A stretch of 64,000 nt of DNA, from assembly GCA_002633005.1 (NCBI GenBank), contig NMRA01000030.1, forward strand, positions 1,399,801-1,463,800, given 5' to 3'. Made by a program: the position numbers and the translations under genes. The notes under the pieces were generated by a model. It made no database searches. It was not told the origin of the DNA and saw only the letters and a program-made list of their open reading frames with translations. Origin of the DNA: Phoronis australis (Eukaryota; Animalia; Phoronida). How positions within the stretch are numbered: position 1 is the stretch's first letter; the number at the start of each line of letters is the position of its first letter. Positions 35,456 to 47,577 of the stretch are shown here, piece after piece.

Positions 35456-38400
35456 AAGGTGGCGCTTTGGTTTTGTTCAATAAGTCAACCCAGACACGAC
35501 TGGTGAGACACGGTCGAGACGCTCATGAGCTATGGAACTCCCTTAGCGTCACGTTGAACGTGACGCCTCACTTCGAAATGATAGTCATCTTATGACGATC
35601 CAGTTGCACGCGTTCGACGCAGAGGCACAGTCGGCGAGTTCGGAAACATGTACCAGTACTTCTAGAAAAATCAATCGGCATGCAGGTTACAGCAGACAAT
35701 TGAAGGAGCCAATTACATCCTACGGTGGGTTGGTCGTGAGGGTGACAAATTTGGCTCTACGCGTGTCTACAGTTGAGCTTGCGTAGCGCGCACGCATTCA
35801 AGGACTTGGAGTAGTAAGCAAGACAAATTTCACATTGCGCTCTATGGGGACTGGCAATAAAATGCAATGAGATTACCCTTAAAATAACAATAAAATGGCG
35901 AAAACGGAGCTTGCTAATTTATTTATGCCATAAGTACGCAAATGATGCTTGTTTGTTTGGACACAAGCTTTCAGATTATTAATGACGCCAGCCTTTATCT
36001 CTCGGGTCTCGGCTTAGCTGGTAAACTGATGCCGTGCGTGATTGGTGTTAGCAATCACTCACTATATTGAGGCTTTAAATAAAATAATTTAAAGACATGT
36101 ATTTCTTCGAATCGAGAGCTAACTAATAGTATATACACTAACCTTCACTAGCAGTGATATGGACTTTACCAAAACGGCCTTGTAACTTGTAGTATCGGAT
36201 TTTTACCGACAATCTTTCTATACACTCCAAAATTGAGTGAAAGTGTTGAAAATGTCTTCTACGTCCATCTAGAGTGCTTTCGTGGGTTGTAAAGGGTATT
36301 TTTAGATACAGCAGTTATTGAAAACACTGTAATGTTGAGTATCATCTGAGACTGAGAAATTCACTTCTTAACAAGCGGATTGTCCCAATAAGCGGAGACG
36401 AAGGTGTTCCTCTTGGGAACAAACCGACATCACCTCTCTGTGGGCCCCTCGTGGTTCGCCATGTACATGCATGCCATTTGTGAAATCCGAATTAGAACAG
36501 CAATCGTTCAAGAAGAGTTCCTGGCAGCTGCGAACATCTGCACAGAGTTGAATAGTTGCGTCATCAATTAATATAGATGGACCATAGACAGTTGCATGCG
36601 ATACCATCTATAGAGAGATAAGAGGAAATCCGCACACCCGATATCTGGATGTACACGTGTTCACAAATCTGGACAAATAATAGATACAAGTGCAGGTTTA
36701 CTAAGGGGAACAAACTGGGTGAATATCCCTTAGTAGGCATTATTTCTTCCTTATAATAAGTGATCAACATGATTTTTCGTTCTTACTATATGTTTGAAAG
36801 ATTAGCTTGGGAGTGTCATCATGTATAAACTAGTTAAGCAGGTACGAAATGACATCGCTGTAGCAAACTTGTACTCGCCTCATTTCAGATCTGAGGTAGT
36901 ATACAAAGCCTTCCAGCACTCCATTTTATGTCGATACAACGTACGGATAGACTCAGGTGTAATGAGAGATATTCCCAGTCATATCACATTTAGAAGTAAG
37001 ACGAAAAGTCTGAACAATGATCAGTTAGGTTATATCTCGTACGACTTTCTTCCTACCGGCTACACCGGCTTACGGTAAAATGCAAACAGCTCTTCTCGGC
37101 TTGGAAACGGGTAACTTGGAGTTTCGTGTGGCCTGGACTTAGGGTTTACGTAATGTGTGGGTTCGCGTCCACGAAAGGAACTGAGAACAGCAACTAAATG
37201 ATTCACACAAGTAAGCGCGAAGGCCCAGCATACCACGCCGAGTTCATGAATCAGACCGTTTTCGTCTAGGCAAAATCTGAACAGAGACTTCTTTGAAAAT
37301 TTAGCCTCTGGCAAAGAGTGTACAGTCTTCTAACCAAGTGATTGCGGAACTACCTCAATATTTAAAAATGTCGGATTCGTCGAACAAGATTGTTCGGAAA
37401 GTTTCAGTTAACTATGAAATTTCGGCTGTATTTTACTGAAACCATATACAGAAGACGACAACCTGGACAGTACCAGCGAAAGCGAGTTATGTAAATACTG
37501 TATCACGGGAAAATTATTATCACTCACGTTTGTACTTTCAGTCTTGTTCTCGAAATGTTGCAGCTTGAATTTGGAAATGTAAGACTATTTACGAGTGGCT
37601 GTGATAGGCAGTCGCAAAAAGTAGTACCTATTTTAAAGTTGTCAATTTATCATCTTACGGCGACTTCATATAAAAAGACTAACTGGCTTCCGAAGGCTTA
37701 TAATGACAACCGGTTATATCGCAGACGTTTCGCTCCAAGCCACAAACGGTTTACATGTACAAATCCACCCAAGAAGGCAGCGATTAGCGATACCGGGCAG
37801 TGTGGGGACCGTCTGTCAACAAGGTATTTCTTTCAACTACAAACAATGTCAAGAAATTACATTTACAAACTGGATGTGATTAAGCAATTCTCTGAATCTC
37901 TTGTACAGAGCCATAGTTTTTCCACGTTTGGGATGTTGCGTGGGCCTCGTGTAATAATGAATCGGCGGCACCGACTATTTTGCGAGCAGACATATACTAG
38001 TATTGATTGTATACCCTCCATTCTGAGCTGGCTCAAACTGGATATTAACACGTGTTTACCTACAGGCGCTTCCATGGCAAGGGGTTTGAGTTCTGTGTTT
38101 GTGACAAACTTCACCTAGTAAATCAAGTAGTCCACAGCAGACATACATGTACTAGGTCTAGTCCAATGGCAACCTCTATCTCCATAAAACCAAGACTAAT
38201 TTTGGCAAACATTCATTCTTCTCTCGTGCCGGTGTTATCACGGGAACCATCTACATTCAGATGTCCGCCAGTGTAAATTCACAGGAATCTGTATATCCAT
38301 GTACCCAACTGAGTACTGTTTAACTATATGAAGCCTCAATTTGTTCTACCAGTTTTGTTCATAACGCTTTCTTATTTCATATTTTAATTATATTTTTCTA

Positions 38401-41400
38401 ATACCGTCCAAGTCTGATTTCCAATATTTTCTTTCTCATTACCACATTGTGGGAGTACAGTATCGTTACACTGAGTCCATTTCATGCTGAATAAATGTGT
38501 GTTTGCTGCTGCAACTACTATAAAGTTGTCAGTGGGACCCTAGAAAAATGTCCGTATTTGGTTAACTTTGGAACATCCTATTTCGGACACAGGTGATCGG
38601 ATTTATGTGAAATTTACATATACCGGGCCATGCTCAAATTGTTTTCAAAATGTTCCACTTAAGAACGAGAGACTATAAAGTACAACTCTTCTATTTCTCT
38701 GAAAAAATCAAATCGAAATGATAGTTTAAGCTTAAAATCTCAAAACTTCATATCGAAAAAATTCACTGATACATGTTCTAGATACCACTGTTTTCCCGTG
38801 AATTTACCTTTGCTTTCCAGTAATTTTTTCTAAAAAACTTATGGTCACTGGACTCAATTACTGGCAAATTGGTATAAAGTCAAAAATCTATTTGTTCAGA
38901 CCTTCAACTTTCAGAATGCAAAAGCCTTTAATGAGTTAAATTCTACAGTGTGAAGATGTTTGGCTAAATAGACAGACTTGTCGACAAGGCCTTATACTAT
39001 CTAAAACAACACGCTTTCAAAAATTCGCTACCAATAAAAATCATCCATGAGAGTCATATTTCGGAGACTGGGTTCAAAAAGCTTACATGGAGCACTTTGG
39101 GAAACAAGGTTAAAAACCCCTCCATCGGGAACTTGGCCTTTCGTGTTCGTTTCGCATGTCTGGCACACGGAAAGTGTGAGCAAACTGTCTATATTTAATG
39201 ACTTTTGGAATCTTTTAAAGGATCGTTAAATTTTAAGTTAGTCACTTGTTACCAGAGGCGTCGCACGCCTTCTTTTCTACTAGCCAAAATAGTGACAATG
39301 TAGGACTTTCCACGTGCAATAAATCTTAATTAAAACCCCATGAGTGAACGAGGGCACTACGGTCGGAAATGCAAGTTTCTGAAGGAAACAGCAGCTTTCT
39401 TCCGAAAGACCACCTCAGATATAGTTTTGGATGCCGGCAATATTACGCGATCACTCCCATGAAACTCCCCGGTAAACTGCACAATGCCTCGATCACAATG
39501 CCTTTACCATATGTGCTGAATTAAATAACGGACGTGCGTTAAATTTTAGACGACGTTGTACGAGGGGCCGGGTTTAATACAAGCCAAAACACGACAAAAT
39601 AATTTCACAAGACTGCTGACGAAAACTAATCAAAATGTTCGACTCAAAAAAACAACAAAAGTTTCAAACAAAATATTATTTTGAAACAGGATCGGCACGG
39701 AAACGCAAGCGCATTCATTGTAACTTTGTCTACATTTCCTAATCACACAAGATAGCGGTTGGCCACCGTTTAAATTCGCTGCAAATCGTCAGTGTAGGTC
39801 GATGGAAATATAATGCTCGTGGTGACATGTCGCCCAATGACACCTCAAAGTGTTTATACTTAGTGAAATACAGTCCCGATAAAGTATAGTTGAGAAAAAT
39901 ATTTATATTTAGGTCTTTATTTGTCGCATAATTGCGGCGCAATAAAACAAAACTAAACCTCAACATCGAAATGGATACCACATGGTGGACAGTCGACAAT
40001 AAAAGCGTACATTCAAGAAAATTTCTCAGCTACGTGACATGAAATGATAATTAATTTTGTGTACGCGCAGGGCCGCTGTTGTCGCATGGGTTGTTATTTA
40101 CGATTCTGCAAATTACTAAAGTAAAACAAGTAGTAATGCAATCTCGGGCTGCCTGTCGCGTACACATGAACTTAGGAACATGGCTCACGCACTCAAAAAT
40201 GCTCCTTGTTACGTAATATTTTAAGACCAGTACATAGTACTTCATTAGTCATTTTAACATTTGTGGTAATGTAATTCCACATCTCTCATTATATTATAAT
40301 TCTTTTAAAACTTTACATACGAGTCCCAGAGCCGAGCTTTAGGAAGGCAAGTCGTGTTTTTCGCGAGTGCGGGGAAGCGTTCGTGAGTGAGTGAGCTGAC
40401 TGCAGGTCTACGAGTCGTGTTCATGAGTGCGTGAGCCGTGTTCTTCTGAATCTGCAAACGAGAAAAAGTTTTACGTATCAAACCTGTTTCCATGCTATCG
40501 GCCAACGAACGAAAAGCAAAAACACCAACTAACATGAACTAGAGCCATTCCCACTACCACCATGCAGAAGTATAGCAGCAGGTAATTAAAAATCTGACAT
40601 TTTTAGCATGTACAAACTATTTGGATAAGGTTGCGAAGAAGCCATCATATAAACCCTTTCAACAACTGATGTAGCAGTCTAACTTATTTTGTAAGTGGCA
40701 AATCAGCAAGATTATGAACTTTCAATAAAAACAGTTGCCCTTCGATCGCTGTTTTCAAAAGACTATAGAACCGAAAAACTATCAAGAGAATACGCTGCAA
40801 CATAAAAAAATTCTCGGGTACTTTGACTTTTATGGATAGGGAAGAACAAGGATTCACCAACTGCGCAAAATGCACGATACGCAGCCTATGTCAAGGCGGT
40901 TTGCACAATACCAGGCACGGAAAAAGCGGGCAGTTATTACCCACCCAAGTAGGTGAACCGGAAAACCAATAGACATAATTGACATAGAAGCGGAATTTCG
41001 TGTCAAAAACTGTAACAACTTACGCTAAAAAAGTCGGGGCGTTATCTCACTTGTAAAAACAAAAGCGCCCCTGTTCGCTGTCCATCAGGCAGCATAAACA
41101 AATGGACGCATTAATTACTCAAAACTTGCATGTTTAATAAACATCCGAAGTCCTAATCACGGATAATTAAGCCAGATAAGTGCGAAACTGCTCAAGTGAT
41201 TTCGCTGGTATTTACACATTTGGTTTTATTAACAGACATTAGTGGTACTTATCTGATCAGAGATCCCGGTCATTATGTTCATGTTCGAAGCAATTAAAAC
41301 GAATGAAACACCAATAAAAATCAGTTTGGGCCAACATTCCATAGATTAATGCATAAGTTATAGTGACGCTGTGAAAGATTTCCCGTGAAACATAAAAACA

Positions 41401-44150
41401 TCGAGTTAAAGCAGAACAAAACGACCGACCAACAGTTATAACGTAAAGACGGCAACAGGTGTTTTCCGAGTATTGAACCCATCCAAAGGCAAGCCGATTT
41501 AAATCATAATCCCCCTTTTCTTTTAAAAGACTTGAAAGCGAAAGTACCGTACACGACAGCGGACAAGACAGCAGTACTTCTCTACTTGTGTTAGATTAGG
41601 TCACCCAGAAACGAACTAAGTAGTCTCCAGTATCATCAGGAACACGAGTTTATAAAAGGACTTTCAACGTTTGTCACTGGGTGAAGTTGTGTAAACATTA
41701 CAGTACACCAACACACCAACTGAAGCTGGATATATGTTCTGCACAGTTCTGTTGTCGCGGAAATCAACAAAAACGATAACAAAATACGAGGTGTAGCTGC
41801 GGTTAAGACACCAATAACGCGGTTACTCTGGCATGGATAAAAGGAATCATTAACCTTCATGGATTTTTAAACGCAATATTCAGATACTGAATAAAAATAT
41901 ATCTATATGTTTCCAATTCCACCATAACTGTATTATTTGTGTTCCAATCTTGACCAGGCCTTACATTTTCCGATGCGGTTAGCAGTTTTGAATACCGATT
42001 TCTCTTCAGGGCGTGGGAAGTTTCGCATGAAATATGTGACCACGTGACGTTATTATAGACGATTGTGTGACACTTTTTTAAAGCCATGGAAATAGACAAC
42101 AGCTACTACAAATACACGCTCCCTCTAACAGGAAATCTTTATTCAAACAACCTGTAAAGCAGCATGGTCTAAACTTCGTTACTCAGTCAAGTGAAAAGTG
42201 GTTACCATTAAAGCTTCGAAAGATAAGACAGTTTGTTGTGATCATGCACGGGCGCAAAAAATGACCCGCCCTGTCATGCCAACTTAGTAAACATGACTTG
42301 ATCACATGAACACTCTTTAAAAAGTCAAGTCTATTTCCTAATTATACTTTAGGTGGGCTAAATCGAAACTTTGCTTTTGAAGGAATACGGGTTCAAAGTT
42401 AGTAAGCAAAGATTATTTTCATAGTCATGTCTAAACGTAAATTTGAAGAACAACGACACAAATTTATTCCCGGCACGTGTGTGTACATGTATTTATATAC
42501 ATTTTGCGTGTGAACAGCTAAGTCAAGGTCAACCCGAAAAAATCGACTGAGGTTCGCTTAGCTACTAGTCTTACAGAAATTAAAATACACTTAATCAAGT
42601 GCCTCTTGCACGACTAACTTCACCAAGACATGAACCAGAGCAATAAACTAAAACAATACATTTTAAGCCCATGAATGTCAAATAACATTTGAACAATAAA
42701 CATAGACGAGACAACCCTTCAGGGCGATCGAATGTCGGCAAAATGACATTTATTGTTTACTTATTCCAATCAGTAACAAATAGTGCCTTGCAATTTATTA
42801 ACACCCAAGGTACCAGTTTTCATCTGCTGCGGTGATAAAAGGCCCAACAATTTCACAGCTGATTTCAACAATGCTATCACCTCAAGCAAATTATCAATTA
42901 AGTTGCATTGTTCAATGAGCGTAACAAAATGCCACGGTAATTATGTTTATGTTGCGAAACGAAATGTTTAAGCACCAAGTATTTTAAGTGATTATCGCGT
43001 TTCGAAATACTCAGTGATTAGAGCTAATGTTTTGTATTTTTTCTCCATCAAAATCTCGCTAAAACAATAAACATATTTACAGAAAAAACTCAGTGCTTTA
43101 TCAGTTTTACAGTTCCTCTTAGCGAATCAACTTCGGTGTCGCAATTATTCTACTGACACACGAAAGCACGTGTCTGCAATTACGAAAAAATGACAGATAC
43201 GTATTCTTGAAAGCATTAAAATAACAATGTAAATAAACAGGAAAGAGCGAACTGCAGCCCAAGATAAGGTACGGACTTAAATTACCATCAGAATAAGAAA
43301 AAGCGAACGCGTTTCCTGTAAGGAGATGTATGACAGTGTATGACGCAACTAACACCCGACAGCAACATGAAGGGTCTACCCATATGCAACTAAACGCAAC
43401 GTGTCTCATGTGTCCATATAGGAATTCATTGTTGCACTCTCGTTATTTTTTTTTGCATTTTGGCAACACTCTTGGCTATTAAAAATAAAAATTACGTTTA
43501 TACTAATCAGGTATGACAAGTGATAATTACTAATGAAATAAATTATTTGTCTTTTGCTTCTGCTATTATCATACACGACCAAGAGCTCATGAACGACTTT
43601 TTGATGTCATGGCTATTGGTATGCAACACGCTCGGTTTAAAAACGACGGAGTTGCGAAATGTTTTAGTGACAATAAAGAAGGCTACCCTTTTCCCACTGG
43701 CCTAGTGTTCAAATATACATTAGTTATTATTTATCAACGGCAACGCGTAACTTAGTTACCGTAAAGCGATCTTCAATAAAATAACATGCAAATGACTCAG
43801 TAAACTCGAAACACCGTAAGTTAAGGTAACTATAGGGTCACCTTAGCGTCACCGTAACGCACTTTTTCATAATTGACTTTCAGTAAAAAAATCCGCATTC
43901 CTGTAATAGAAGAGTCTGTAAATTTCTTAAAGCATTAAAATGCATTATTCCAAATCAAATATACCTACGATCACCTTCGTATTTTTCCGCAAGGTGTCAC
44001 AGCTGAGTCGCCTGTACACAATTCCACGTACCAAACTCACCAACGTGTCGTTGTACTTTGAAATAATTGAAACGGCCTATATAATCAAATTACATATTTA
44101 AAAAGTCACCTCAAACATTCAAGAGCTCGCAAGAAATAATTATAATTTAT

Positions 44151-45827
44151 TTTCTACCACAATATTAGCGTCAAATGGCAGATACAACCGTGTAATAACC
44201 ATAAAGTTATCTCACTAGTGAGATAACGATTTGGAGGGAAACCGAGGACGAAGTCGAACCCGGGAAATTGCTGGTCGCCGACTTTACCACTACACCATGT
44301 AGCGACTGACGTCATCAAGAGTGAAAATAGAATACTAAATGAGCACGCGCAATAATCGCACGTTCAACAAATCGCATTGTACTGTACTTATACGCTACGA
44401 AAAATAAGACAAATAATTTCCATTAAAATGATATCTTAATTCAGTGAAAATTTTCTCTCACGTCTTCTTACTTGTAAATCACCGATCTCCAGTTTGAATG
44501 CGGGTATCGTGTCGTCAGGATCTTTGACTTGAGAATTATATTCAGTTACCAGTGGTAACCTACTTTAGCAGACGATAATTTCCCGGTCGAAGCTTAGCGT
44601 GAAAAAAACGTGTTTTAAGCTGTAACAGTTGGTAAACCTTAATTTATGAATTCAATTTATTTCTATTATATTTAAGTTTTTAATTGGTTTTGAGTAAAAG
44701 CCTTATTTGACAAAAATAGCCCGGCTTTTCTTAAAAGGTCACTGTTGTGTAGGTAGTAACACAGTAAATTGGTATAACACGTATATTGCTTGTTGGAAGA
44801 TGATAACTACATATAATACGGGAATACTAGTAAATAGGTCTATACACTACGGAGTCCTTTGCCACACTCACTGTAGAATCTAAGTGAGTCATCTCTGAGA
44901 CTTGTGGCTTCAATGTTCGTGGTTGGCACACCTTCTACTGGTGTGTGGTCGGCACACCAGTCACGACCTCCGACCCCGAGCCTGACATAGAAAGTAGTTA
45001 CAAAGCCATGGAGAGTCACAAAAGGTAAATCGATTCATTGCAATGTTTCTCGTTTAGTAAGTGGTATAAATAGATTATTACATGTTCTCAGCCGTTATCC
45101 CCCTTATCTAGAGCCCTTGTGGATTTTGGAGAATTATCACCCTCGGGGTTAACGCCCCTCGGGCGATAATTCTCCAAAACAAACTCGGGCTCTAGATAAC
45201 GGGTGATAACGACTTCGCCATGTAATAATCTATATTTATACCACAATATTAGCCTCGAATGGCAGAAACAATCGTGTAATAACCCATAAAGTTATCTCAC
45301 TAGTGAGATAACATTTTGGCGGGAAATCAATTTGGATGCGCGCATCGTGTCGTCGGGATCCTTTGACTTGAACATTGTAGCCAGTTACTAGTGGTAACCT
45401 ACTTTAGCAGACGATATTTTCCCGGTCTAAGCTTAGCGTAATAAAATGTGTAGTAAGCTATAATAGTTACTAAACCTTAATTTATAGACTCACTTTATTT
45501 CTATTTTGTTTTACTTTTCAATTGGTTTCGAGTAAAAGCATTATTTGACAAAAATAGCTCGGCTTTTCTTAAAAGGTTACGACCTCCGACCCCGGGCGTC
45601 TGACAGAAAGTAGTTACAAAGCCGAGGCGAGTCGAGAAAGGTAGATCGATTCATTGCAATGTTTCTCATTCAGTATGTGGTATAAATAGATTATTACATG
45701 TTCTCAGTCGTTATCCCCCTTATCTAGAGCCCTCGTGGATTTTGTAGAATTATCACCCTCGAGGCTAACGCTCCTCGACTCGGGCTCTACATAACAGGGG
45801 ATAACGACTTCGCCATGTAATAATCTA
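44151..45827. mobile_element. Tandem dimer of an unclassified bipartite element (IR-bounded body plus ~150-bp hairpin module)
   Basis: Copy 1 is 44151-45232; copy 2 is 45235-45827 and internally deleted. Each consists of TTT(A/C)TACCAC...GTGGTATAAA followed directly by the hairpin TAGATTATTACATG...CATGTAATAATCTA. Confidence 0.75.
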
Positions 45828-46619
45828 TATGTATTTCTGAGTATTTACTATCGTAGTAAAGACTAGTTCTTCGCCAAGTGCTACTTTCGTAACTGCTAAT
45901 ATAATTTTTTTATTTTTATTTTTATGTTTGAAGAAATAGTGAAACTGGATGTGAATAAAGGACCAATAGGTTTGGTCGTCGGTCACATATTTAGTAGGCG
46001 AATTGTCACATTCATGTCTGTTACTGGATAATAAAGCAGTCAGGTGACAGGTTAAATTTGTAGCACTATTGAACGCTTCAAATTTTTTTATTTCATTGCA
46101 ATCTTTGCTTTCTTAGTTCTAATTTAATTCACTAGATGGTTTTATAAAGCAAAAGATAATCCAATAGAACATTTCGTACATACTACTTCTGTATTTATTT
46201 GCAATCAGCATGTACATGTACATTTGTGGTCATTCAATTAGGGGAGAGGGGTAAGGCCTATATGTATAGTCATATCAGTGCCAGCTTCCGTTACCCAAGT
46301 AGTGAACTAGAGTCCCGCTGGAGGTTGCTGTTCAGCTCGATTTTAACTATATTAATAAAGCGTAAAATTGGTTAATACGAGCAGTTACGGTCAGAGATAA
46401 CACCAATAACTAAGAAAACGTATATTTCCCATCTATAACTTTGATGACAACTCACAACCTGTATGATACGTTTATAATGCAAATTACAATCGCAGTGTAT
46501 CCTATACTAATTAATCCCAGAATGTAATCATACAACTACATTGAAAGTAGAGTCAGTTTGGCATAACATTAAATAAGTGAAATAATTAGCAAGCACCAAT
46601 CGTGCCTGAGCTTCGAATG

Positions 46620-47577
46620 ACCAAGGAGACAAATTGTACTCTGGAAATAGTCCACCAGAAACTCAAAAAGAACCCCTAAAATGAGCTAACAAATACATTC
46701 GAGGAATCACACAAAAAAACAATTCCATATCATTCAACACATGCCATTGTCCGCTAAATTGCATGTGGCAAAAAAACACTCTGGGTTGTGCCCGTCAGAA
46801 ATTCTCAAAAATCACAACCACTGTACGTATGCCACTGAAAATTTGAGCTAAATTGTATATTCGCGCTACTTCAAAAATACTTTAAAACGAACAATCGAAA
46901 CGCACTGAACACCGAAAGATTCCAAGGCTGACAAATTGCACTCTGGAAAGGGTGTATTGTGTCCCCGAACACTTAGAGCGTAGCACAGTTTGTACAGAAA
47001 TGGATGTCTGCCGGTGTCTGCACTCTGAGTGTGGCCCTTGGAGACCTTGCAAGTTTCCAAAAATGAGCTAGATCATATATTCGAGGTACCGGCCAAAACT
47101 GATTCAAAACAAACAATCGCACCGCACTGAACACGGAAAGACTTACAGACAGGCAAAATTGCACTCTGGAAAAGGTGTAATTTGTCTGTCATAGCCAATT
47201 TAGTGGTCAGTGGCATGTCTCGATTCATATCAAATTGTTTCTGTGGCACCTCGAATGCATGAGCTAGCTCATTTTTGGGGGCTCATTAACGGGTTGCAGG
47301 CGGACTCTTCCCAGAGTGCAATATTTCTGACACGCGTTATTTTGCGTTGAGTGCGGCACGATTGTTCGCGTTAAATCAGTTTCAGCCGGTACCTCGAGTA
47401 TCTAATCTAACTCATTTTGGTCCCTTGCAAGGTCCCCAAGGGCCACACCCAGAGTGCAGACACCGACAGACATCCAAGTTTCTGTACAAACTGGGATGCA
47501 CTCTAAGTGCTCGGGGGTGGGGGGGCATATGCTGGTACCCTTTCATCTATGCTAAGTGCTCTGGGCTGCCGGTCTAA
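46620..47577. mobile_element. Academ-like terminal-repeat fragments, same family as 4384-5010, in both orientations
   Basis: Ends in CTGGGCTGCCGGTCTA (47577), the reverse complement of the 4384 terminus. About 46960-47135 and 47347-47515 are inverted copies of each other. Confidence 0.6.

Noticed and set aside
37555-38118. 187-aa plus-strand ORF and neighbouring ORFs at 36368-37314
   Set aside because: No recognisable domain or consistent splice structure; they cannot be distinguished from chance ORFs or unidentifiable decayed repeats.
14261-44306. The two tRNA-like segments (14261-14320, 44243-44306) as functional tRNA genes
   Set aside because: Acceptor stems do not pair and the anticodon arms are abnormal; reported only as A/B-box cassettes.
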